Assembly: GCA_965224095.1 (NCBI GenBank)
Contig: OZ245039.1
Coordinates: 2,559,715-2,623,714 of the forward strand
Origin: Flavobacteriaceae bacterium
GTDB lineage: Bacteria > Bacteroidota > Bacteroidia > Flavobacteriales > Flavobacteriaceae
Length of the DNA: 64,000 nt
Direction: 5' to 3'
Shown here one piece after another: positions 57,252-64,000 of the stretch. Every line of letters begins with the position of its first letter. Position 1 is the first letter of the stretch. A program made the translations under genes and the position numbers. The notes beneath the pieces were generated by a model that saw only the letters and a program-made list of their open reading frames with translations, made no database searches and had not been told where the DNA came from.

Positions 57252-57713
57252 ATGCCAACGTATCAACTCAACATCAACGGGCAAGTACATTCGGTAGAGG
57301 CCGATGTAGATACGCCCCTCCTCTGGGTATTGCGCGACCAGGCCAATCTGGTAGGCACCAAATACGGCTGCGGAATCGGTCAGTGCGGGGCCTGTACCGT
57401 CCATATCGACGGGAATGCCACCCGGAGCTGTATGCTGCAGGTATCCCAGTTACAGGGAGTAAAGATCACTACTATTGAAGGCCTTTCGGAAAACGGAACT
57501 CATCCGGTGCAGCAGGCCTGGAAAGATATCGATGTGCCTCAGTGTGGCTACTGCCAGGCAGGGCAGATCATGACGGCGGCTTCTTTTTTAGACAAGAATC
57601 CCAATCCCTCTACCGAGGATATCCGCAATGCCATGCACGGCAATATCTGTCGCTGTGCCTCCTATAACAGCATTGAAAAAGCGGTACAGCAGGCCGCCGA
57701 TAAACTCAGTTAA
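57252..57713 (+). CDS. (2Fe-2S)-binding small subunit of a molybdenum hydroxylase (IorA/aldehyde oxidoreductase-like)
   Basis: GCGIGQCGACTV, CGYCQAGQIM and CRCASY cluster motifs. Confidence 0.9.
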   Translation: MPTYQLNINGQVHSVEADVDTPLLWVLRDQANLVGTKYGCGIGQCGACTVHIDGNATRSCMLQVSQLQGVKITTIEGLSENGTHPVQQAWKDIDVPQCGYCQAGQIMTAASFLDKNPNPSTEDIRNAMHGNICRCASYNSIEKAVQQAADKLS

Positions 57714-57729
57714 CCGCTAAGCAAACACT

Positions 57730-59883
57730 ATGAAAACTCAAGATACACTCGCATTTAGCCGACGTTCCTTTTTAAAGACCTCGGCCCTGGCAGGAGGAGG
57801 GATGCTTATTGGCTTTAACCTCTTTCAGGCCTGTAAACCCAATGTAGAACCGCCGGTAAATCTGGCCGATTTAAACTATAACGATTTTAATGCCTTTATC
57901 AAGATTTCCGATGAGGGTAAGGTAACCATCTTTGCACCCAATCCGGAGATCGGACAGGGCGTAAAAACCTCCATGCCCATGCTGATTGCGGAAGAGCTGG
58001 ATGTAGCCTGGAAAGATGTACTGGTAGCCCAGGCACCGCTGAATACCGAACACTATACCCGGCAGGTAGCAGGAGGGAGCCAGAGCTTACGACAGGGTTG
58101 GGAACCCTTACGGCAAACCGGAGCTACGGCCCGGCAGATGCTGGTAAATGCCGCCGCTGCCAAATGGGGGGTGGATGCCTCCGAATGTACTACCAAAGAA
58201 GGGGTGATCACCAATGCTAATGGAGATACCCTGCACTACGGAGAAGTGGTAAAGGAAGCAGCAGAGATGGAAGTACCGGAGAATGTGACTTTAAAAGACC
58301 CGAAAGATTTTACTATTATCGGAAAGGGTACTGCCAATGTGGATATCGACGGGATCATCACCGGAAAACCGCTGTTCGGACTGGATTATAAAGCCGAGGG
58401 TATGGAATATGCCTGTGTGTTGCGTCCGCCCGCATTCGGGCAAAAACTGGAATCCTTTAATGACGCTCAGGCCCGTGCGGTAAATGGAGTAACCGATGTG
58501 ATCCGCTTTGGAGATAAGATAGCCGTACTGGCCAACAATACCTGGGCGGCGATCAAAGGAAAACGAGCATTAACCGCCGAATGGACACAGGACAGTCCGG
58601 CAGAAAATACCGCACAACACGATGAGGAATTAAATAAGATCCTTAACGGTAACCAATTTGAAACCCTTAGAAAAGACGGCGATGTAAAAAAGGCCTTTGC
58701 AGAAGCCGATAAGATACTGGAACGCACTTACGAATCGCCTTTCCTACCCCATAATACATTGGAACCGATGAATTTCTATGCCGATGTAAAACCCGATAAG
58801 ATCCATTTGGTAGGGCCTATCCAAAGACCAGCGATGTTCGCAGGCCGGGTTGCTGAACTTCTGGAGCGTGATCCTTCGGAGATCCATCTGGAAATGACTC
58901 GTATGGGAGGAGGATTCGGGCGTCGCCTTTATGGGGATTTTGTAATGGAAGCAGCGGAGATCTCCAATCTGGCAAAAAAACCGGTAAAAGTAGTCTATAC
59001 CCGGGAAGACGATATGAGTGCCGGGATATACAGGCCGGCCATTAAATATCGCATTGCAGCCTCCATCAAAGACGGAAAAGTTACTGGTTACCGCCTTAAG
59101 GAAGCCGCCATAAACCGAAATATGTATAATTTAATCCCGAATTTCTTTCCGGCAGGAGCCGTTGAAAATTACCAGGTAGATGTGGGGAGTTACCAAAGTA
59201 ATATCACCACCGGAGCCTGGCGTGCACCTTATACCAATTTCCTGGCATCGGCAGAGCAGAGCTTCTTTGATGAGTTGGCCGAAGAGCTGGGGGTAGACCG
59301 CATTCAGTTGCATATGGATTTACTGGATCAGGTAAAGGGCACTACTGATGAGCGTATTCAGTATAATCCGGAGCGATTACAGGGAGTGATTAAACTGGCC
59401 GTGGAAAAATCGGATTGGGGTAATAAAACCGATGAGGTATACCAGGGCTTTGCGGTGTATTACTGCCATAATACCCATGTGGCTGAAGTAGCCGATATTG
59501 TCATGGTAAATAACTATCCGGTGGTTAAAAAGGTGACCTGTGTGGTTGACTGCGGGATCGTGGTGAATCCGCTGGGTGCTCAGAATCAGGTAGTAGGCGG
59601 GGTAATCGATGGAATCGGACATATGATGTATGGCGATCTCACCTTTGAAAATGGAAAACCTTCATCTAATAATTTTAATAGCTATCAGCTTATCAGAATG
59701 GGACAAACCCCGAAGGTAGATGTACATTTTGTAAAGAGCGATGTAGCCCCTACCGGACTTGGGGAACCTACCTTACCGCCTGTGGGAGCAGCTGTTGCCA
59801 ATGCTATTTATAAGGCTACCGGTCAGCGACTGACCAAACAGCCGTATATGAAGTATTTTGAGGTGAAAGAAATTATCGGTTAG
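57730..59883 (+). CDS. Molybdopterin-binding large subunit (IorB-like xanthine-dehydrogenase-family protein) with Tat signal
   Basis: SRRSFLKTSALAGGG twin-arginine signal. GGGFGRR molybdenum-cofactor block. Confidence 0.85.
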   Translation: MKTQDTLAFSRRSFLKTSALAGGGMLIGFNLFQACKPNVEPPVNLADLNYNDFNAFIKISDEGKVTIFAPNPEIGQGVKTSMPMLIAEELDVAWKDVLVAQAPLNTEHYTRQVAGGSQSLRQGWEPLRQTGATARQMLVNAAAAKWGVDASECTTKEGVITNANGDTLHYGEVVKEAAEMEVPENVTLKDPKDFTIIGKGTANVDIDGIITGKPLFGLDYKAEGMEYACVLRPPAFGQKLESFNDAQARAVNGVTDVIRFGDKIAVLANNTWAAIKGKRALTAEWTQDSPAENTAQHDEELNKILNGNQFETLRKDGDVKKAFAEADKILERTYESPFLPHNTLEPMNFYADVKPDKIHLVGPIQRPAMFAGRVAELLERDPSEIHLEMTRMGGGFGRRLYGDFVMEAAEISNLAKKPVKVVYTREDDMSAGIYRPAIKYRIAASIKDGKVTGYRLKEAAINRNMYNLIPNFFPAGAVENYQVDVGSYQSNITTGAWRAPYTNFLASAEQSFFDELAEELGVDRIQLHMDLLDQVKGTTDERIQYNPERLQGVIKLAVEKSDWGNKTDEVYQGFAVYYCHNTHVAEVADIVMVNNYPVVKKVTCVVDCGIVVNPLGAQNQVVGGVIDGIGHMMYGDLTFENGKPSSNNFNSYQLIRMGQTPKVDVHFVKSDVAPTGLGEPTLPPVGAAVANAIYKATGQRLTKQPYMKYFEVKEIIG

Positions 59884-59905
59884 CCGATAATTTCTTTATT
59901 TCTAA
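59865..59905 (+). terminator. 14-bp perfect hairpin whose 4-nt loop contains the large-subunit stop codon
   Basis: aaagaaattatcgg-ttag-ccgataatttcttt followed by atttctaatt. The TAG stop is at 59881-59883. Confidence 0.6.
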
Positions 59906-60296
59906 TTCCGGGTTTCTAATTTCTAATCGGTGGAATGGGAAAATCAGGAATTCAAAGTACAATATAGAATAGTTGAACAATAATTAAATAATACTGTTCA
60001 TTTTCTTTACTTGTCTAATGAAATACAAAGCATTCATGAATACTTTAATATAAAATAATGATGACATGAATAAACGAAACAAAGAAAAAGACGCTTTTCA
60101 GAGTTATTTTTAGCCTTAGGCTAAAACCGGAAATCAAAACCTGGCCAAAACGGCTGTACCGTTTCGGTACCATTCCAGGCTTTTGCTTCCTATACTGTTG
60201 AAAAGATAGGGTGCTAATAAACGTAAAGTACATGATTAACAGGTTTATAAATAATCAGAAATCAGAAATCAGAAATGCGGAATTAGAAATTAGAAA
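59884..60296 (+). repeat. Long (about 410 bp) version of the heptad element: left ATTTCT-type arm, core, right AGAAAT-type arm
   Basis: Left arm 59889-59927. Right arm 60254-60296 (cagaaat x3 ... attagaaattagaa), ending at the XdhC-family gene ATG. The core shares gttcattttcttt-ct-gt with 62131-62150. Confidence 0.6.
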
Positions 60297-61318
60297 TGAC
60301 ATATGAATTTAAAAACATAGTCAATGCTTATAAAAAGGCAAAAGCCAAAGGCCTGCAAACGGTACTGGCCACGGTAGTAGATCTGGACGGGTCTTCGTAT
60401 CGCAAGCCCGGAGTGCAGATGCTGATCCTGGAAAACGGACAAATGATTGGGGCCGTTAGCGGAGGCTGTGTGGAAAAAGATATCGTTCGTCAGTCGCAAG
60501 CCGTTTTTAAAGAAGGAGAAGCCAGGATGATGCAGTATGACGGCCGTTACCGACTGGGATGCGAAGGCATTTTATATATACTGCTGGAGCCCTTTAATCC
60601 GAATAAAGAATTTTTAACCATGCTGGGGCAATTTCTGGAAACCCGTCAACCGTTTTCCATGGTTTCACGTTATCGCCGGGAAGAAGGAGTCCATAAAAAT
60701 TTAGGATCTCACGTACTGTTTGGAAAAGAGAAATTCAGGCTAAACCAACAGTTAAACGGATTTAAGGTAACAACGGATTCCTTATCCGATTTTACACAGG
60801 AATTCCCGCCCTGTTTTAGGCTGATGATCTTTGGAGCCGAACACGATGCCGTACAACTCTGTAAATTTGCCGCACTGACCGGCTGGGAGGTAAGCGTAAT
60901 AGCTCCGCCCAAAGAATCAAAAACCATAGAACACTTTCCAGGCGCCACCGCCTTTTTAGCTTCCGATCCGGAAGGAATAGATATTCAGGCCATCGATACC
61001 CAAACGGCGGTAATGCTGATGAGTCATAATTTTGCCATCGATTTAAAGTATCTGATTGCTTTAAAAGATACCCACCCTGCCTATCTGGGGCTGTTGGGCC
61101 CGGCTCACCGGCGGGAGAAGCTGTTGGGGCAGTTATTGGAGTTTGCACCGGAGGTATCGGATGCATTTTTAGATCAGATCCACGGTCCGGCCGGATTAAA
61201 TATTGGAGCGGAAACCCCCCATGAAATTGCGGTAGCAATTTTGGCGGAGATCCTGTCGGTTATTCGCGTACAGCAACCCATGTCATTAAAAGAAAAGAAA
61301 GGTGGCATTCATGCCTGA
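60296..61318 (+). CDS. XdhC/CoxI-family molybdenum-cofactor insertion chaperone
   Basis: N-terminal XdhC_CoxI block (LATVVDLDGSSYRKPGVQMLI ... GAVSGGCVE) and a C-terminal Rossmann-like half. Confidence 0.85.
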   Translation: MTYEFKNIVNAYKKAKAKGLQTVLATVVDLDGSSYRKPGVQMLILENGQMIGAVSGGCVEKDIVRQSQAVFKEGEARMMQYDGRYRLGCEGILYILLEPFNPNKEFLTMLGQFLETRQPFSMVSRYRREEGVHKNLGSHVLFGKEKFRLNQQLNGFKVTTDSLSDFTQEFPPCFRLMIFGAEHDAVQLCKFAALTGWEVSVIAPPKESKTIEHFPGATAFLASDPEGIDIQAIDTQTAVMLMSHNFAIDLKYLIALKDTHPAYLGLLGPAHRREKLLGQLLEFAPEVSDAFLDQIHGPAGLNIGAETPHEIAVAILAEILSVIRVQQPMSLKEKKGGIHA

Positions 61319-61913
61319 TATAACAATCCTGATCCCCGCCGCCGGTGGTTCCCGCCGTATGGGGGTCCCCAAACAGCTACTCCCCTGGGGCGATACCACG
61401 CTTTTAGGGCATGCCATAGAAACTGCTCGTAATGTAAAAGGTGCCGACACCCTGGTGGTTCTGGGCGCTCGTGATACCCATATTCAAAAGGAAATAGACG
61501 CGTATCTCGTACCCACTGTAATTAACCGGCAATGGCAGCACGGATTGGGAACCTCTATCGCCCTGGGAATACAATATATTGTGGAAAATGCATCGGAAAC
61601 CCGGGGAGTACTGATCTTTTTGGCCGATCAGCCCTTTGTTAGTACGGCGTATCTGGAGCAGCTTATCAAAAAATTCAAATCCGGAAAGCAACAGATTATT
61701 ACCACCGCATACAGCTCTGAAAAGATGGGTGTTCCCGCCCTGTTTGACGCCTGTTATTTTAAAGAACTAAGTGAACTTACAGGCGATAAAGGGGCAAAAG
61801 CGGTGATCGATTCACATTCGGAAAAAGTAATAAAAATGGATACGGAGGTAGACCTCAGGGATATTGATACTTTAGCCGTGTATAAGGAGTTGTATAAGGA
61901 GGTTTTTGGGTGA
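61311..61913 (+). CDS. MobA/MocA-like molybdenum cofactor nucleotidyltransferase
   Basis: ILIPAAGGSRRMGVPKQLLPW signature. 8-nt overlap with the preceding gene (ATG at 61311; the ORF-track GTG is at 61302). Confidence 0.85.
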   Translation: MPDITILIPAAGGSRRMGVPKQLLPWGDTTLLGHAIETARNVKGADTLVVLGARDTHIQKEIDAYLVPTVINRQWQHGLGTSIALGIQYIVENASETRGVLIFLADQPFVSTAYLEQLIKKFKSGKQQIITTAYSSEKMGVPALFDACYFKELSELTGDKGAKAVIDSHSEKVIKMDTEVDLRDIDTLAVYKELYKEVFG

Positions 61914-61924
61914 TGTGATTATAT

Positions 61925-62225
61925 ATTTCTCATTCCGAATTTCTAATTTCTGATTCTTTTTAATAAACCGGTTAAGAACTAACCGAAAACTATCGGCCTG
62001 TAAATTCTTTCCGGAGCTTCGGGAATTCTTAACGGAAATGTTGTGTTATACTGCGTAAAAAAACTGGCATTGACGGCGGTAGAAATCCAAATATGAATAC
62101 CGGAAGCTTTACAATTATTAAATACATCCGTTCATTTTCTTTGCTCGTTCAAAGAACAGCTTGAAAATCAGAAATCCGGAATCAGAAATCCGGAATCAGA
62201 AATTAGAAATTCGGAATTAGAAATT
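61925..62225 (+). repeat. Second long heptad element (left arm 61925-61956, right arm 62166-62225)
   Basis: tttctcattccgaatttctaatttctgattc ... cagaaatccggaatcagaaatccggaatcagaaattagaaattcggaattagaaatt. Confidence 0.65.
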
Positions 62226-62316
62226 ATCCCTAAGAAACCGTATCTTTATAATTCTCCCGATCCTTTAATTATCAGTTAACAAAAAACCTTTACGGGGTTT
62301 AAATACGTTGTTGATT

Positions 62317-62910
62317 ATGGGTATTGACCAATATTTAAAACTGGGGGAGATTATTGCTACATTGTTGGTGGCAGGGGTTGGTCTTTATCTGGCCAATAAT
62401 TACAGGCAACAGGTACGTCAAAAAACTACTGACGGACGCATTGAATCGTATAAAAAATTATGGGAGATTACCCAGGTTGCTTCACCGATGCGAAAGAATA
62501 GCTGGCATGAGGGGAGATACAAAGGCCTTTTGAGTTATGACGAACGCAAAGCTTTATATGCCTCCATGACCGATTGGTACTACCGGGAGGGCAATGGGAT
62601 TTTTTTGGGAGACTCTACCAGACGAATGTATCTGAATGCCAAATACAATCTTCTTTGCCCCATGGAAGAGCTAAGACCTAAAGAATTAAAGGAAAGACTT
62701 CAAAAGTTAAATAAAGATGAATTGCATGCAGCCCGGGCCGATTTATGTATCAGGCAATTGTCTCTCCTGAGGCATCGCTTAAGGGTAGACTTACAGGTAT
62801 TTGGAAGTGCTTTTTTTAATAAGATAAATGAAGATGATAAACTTTTTTTAAGCTTTTGCGGTGAGGATTGGAATAAAAAACACTGGAAAAGTAAGCCGGG
62901 AGTGTTTTAA
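62317..62910 (+). CDS. Uncharacterised protein with N-terminal TM helix
   Basis: ATG at 62317 (the ORF track uses TTG at 62308). TM helix IIATLLVAGVGLYLA, then the basic NNYRQQVRQK and a helical Arg-rich domain. Confidence 0.6.
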   Translation: MGIDQYLKLGEIIATLLVAGVGLYLANNYRQQVRQKTTDGRIESYKKLWEITQVASPMRKNSWHEGRYKGLLSYDERKALYASMTDWYYREGNGIFLGDSTRRMYLNAKYNLLCPMEELRPKELKERLQKLNKDELHAARADLCIRQLSLLRHRLRVDLQVFGSAFFNKINEDDKLFLSFCGEDWNKKHWKSKPGVF

Positions 62911-62958
62911 TAGCAGGTCTTTTTTAAACCGCAGCACTATCAAGATTCTACGTCCCGA

Positions 62959-63033
62959 TCAGAAATCAAAAATCAAAAACTAGAAATCAGGAATTAGGAA
63001 TCAGAAATCAGGAATCAGAAATCAGAAATTAGA
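62959..63033 (+). repeat. Heptad tract (about 10 units) upstream of the next ORF
   Basis: cagaaatcaaaaatcaaaaactagaaatcaggaattaggaatcagaaatcaggaatcagaaatcagaaattagag. Confidence 0.8.
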
Positions 63034-63065
63034 GAGAAAGAGTAACAACTGTAAAATTTAGGTGA

Positions 63066-63500
63066 ATGGACGAAAGTATTGTAATTTTTGGCTCCTACAA
63101 CAAGGGACCTGAATACATGGATAAGATGGAGAAGGTAAAGGAATTAAGGGCACAGGGCTTAAATGTATCTCTGTATTATTTGCTGGCACTTACTCCGGAT
63201 GATAACCTTCCGGATAGGTTTGTTCATTATTTAATTGAAAAAAATATAGAAAAGGCCATAAAGCTGTTTAACCCTACGGTTTTGGCATTTCACAACGGAT
63301 TGACATTAATGATGAAAAACAGCGAATTTAAAATGGCGATAGAAAAGATAAGGCCCCGGTATCCGGACATGAAATTTCTGCTAGAGCATTTAAACCAGCC
63401 GGATAAGGGCTATAATTTTAAACAAAACTATGGGTTTTTGCCCTGGTGCCAAAGGCATTTTATCGATGAACACGAATTATACAGCGTACTATGGAAGTAA
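63066..63500 (+). CDS. Uncharacterised 144-aa soluble protein
   Basis: ORF only. There is a weak alpha/beta (flavodoxin/B12-binding-like) pattern, IVIFGS ... PTVLAFHNG ... RPRYPDMKF. Confidence 0.55.
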   Translation: MDESIVIFGSYNKGPEYMDKMEKVKELRAQGLNVSLYYLLALTPDDNLPDRFVHYLIEKNIEKAIKLFNPTVLAFHNGLTLMMKNSEFKMAIEKIRPRYPDMKFLLEHLNQPDKGYNFKQNYGFLPWCQRHFIDEHELYSVLWK

Positions 63501-64000
63501 AAGAGATTACGGCAATTATAGCCTTGATTATATCGGTTGTTTCGTTACTGTGGACTTATTTCACCTCCCGTAAACTGGAGAAGTACAAAGCTATTATCGG
63601 CCTTGAAAAAAATTATATAGAAAGCCGGTTAAAAGAAGAACTCAACCTGATCCGGGAGCTTATAGAAGGATTGAGAAACGGACGATTGCTCCTGGAGAAA
63701 GTACTGGTGAGGGAAAAAGCGGTACAGGTAGAAATACTCAATAAAACATTAGATCAGCTGGAGCAAAGCTATACGGATGCCCTGCTTTTTTTGGAAAGCA
63801 CTCATGCCCGGGTAGAAAATGCATCGATCACCATTTTTACACACGAGTTAAAGAATAAAATCCGGAACAACCTGGAAAAACTCTCCGCCGATTCCTTGAA
63901 CGATCGTGTAGGGATGAAAAAAGAGATGCTGCAAAAACTATCGGAAATAAAGGAAGAGGAATCGAAACTGGTCGGGAAGTTATCGGAAATCAATAACTCA
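63491..64000 (+). CDS. Uncharacterised TM + coiled-coil protein (3' end beyond window; absent from the ORF track)
   Basis: Hand translation from ATG 63491 is open to the window end: MEVKEITAIIALIISVVSLLWTYFTSRKLEKYKAIIGLEKNYIESRLKEELNLIRELIEG... It overlaps the previous stop by 10 nt. Confidence 0.6.
   Translation, partial: MEVKEITAIIALIISVVSLLWTYFTSRKLEKYKAIIGLEKNYIESRLKEELNLIRELIEGLRNGRLLLEKVLVREKAVQVEILNKTLDQLEQSYTDALLFLESTHARVENASITIFTHELKNKIRNNLEKLSADSLNDRVGMKKEMLQKLSEIKEEESKLVGKLSEINNS

Noticed and set aside
60045-60233. 62-aa minus-strand ORF in the gap between the Mo-enzyme large-subunit gene and the XdhC-family gene.
   Set aside because: It lies within the core of a long repeat element and has no recognisable features. 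It contains a small hairpin (gtaccg-ttt-cggtac), more consistent with non-coding sequence.

Overview
The window looks like a chromosomal segment of a Bacteroidota (Flavobacteriia-type) genome. The evidence is three cargo proteins with Por/T9SS C-terminal sorting domains, a TonB-dependent receptor with a carboxypeptidase-regulatory-like N-terminus, ECF sigma/anti-sigma pairs and lipoprotein signals. I saw no rRNA, tRNA, CRISPR array, integrase or transposase.

Gene content by region:
- 0-29 kb: secreted and surface proteins (malectin/PKD, BNR-propeller, choice-of-anchor-L), a c-type cytochrome/beta-barrel cluster, housekeeping genes (ssb, an M28 peptidase, a threonine-dehydrogenase-like SDR) and a membrane-anchored TPR-CHAT protease next to an S8 protease.
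- 29-43 kb: one-carbon metabolism, with fhs and an NAD-type formate dehydrogenase operon (fdhD, a fused NuoE/F-like subunit, an alpha subunit).
- 43.3-53.1 kb: an A+T-rich, tightly packed defence island. It holds a type I R-M system (hsdM-hsdS ... hsdR) with a 157-aa single-pass membrane protein and a DUF262/DUF1524 (GmrSD-like) nuclease nested between hsdS and hsdR, followed by a DUF45/M48-like metallopeptidase.
- 53.5-62 kb: a TonB receptor cluster and an IorAB-like molybdoenzyme locus with XdhC and a MocA-like gene.
- 62.3-64 kb: three uncharacterised small genes.

The most unusual signal is non-coding. It is a family of heptad-built (AGAAATN / NATTTCT) palindromic elements oriented with respect to genes. 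The family peaks in a 12-unit, ~97-bp hairpin array that, together with a four-helix-bundle (23S rRNA IVS-protein family) gene, fills a 1.55-kb gap inside the formate dehydrogenase operon. All functional calls rest on motifs read by eye; no database search was possible.
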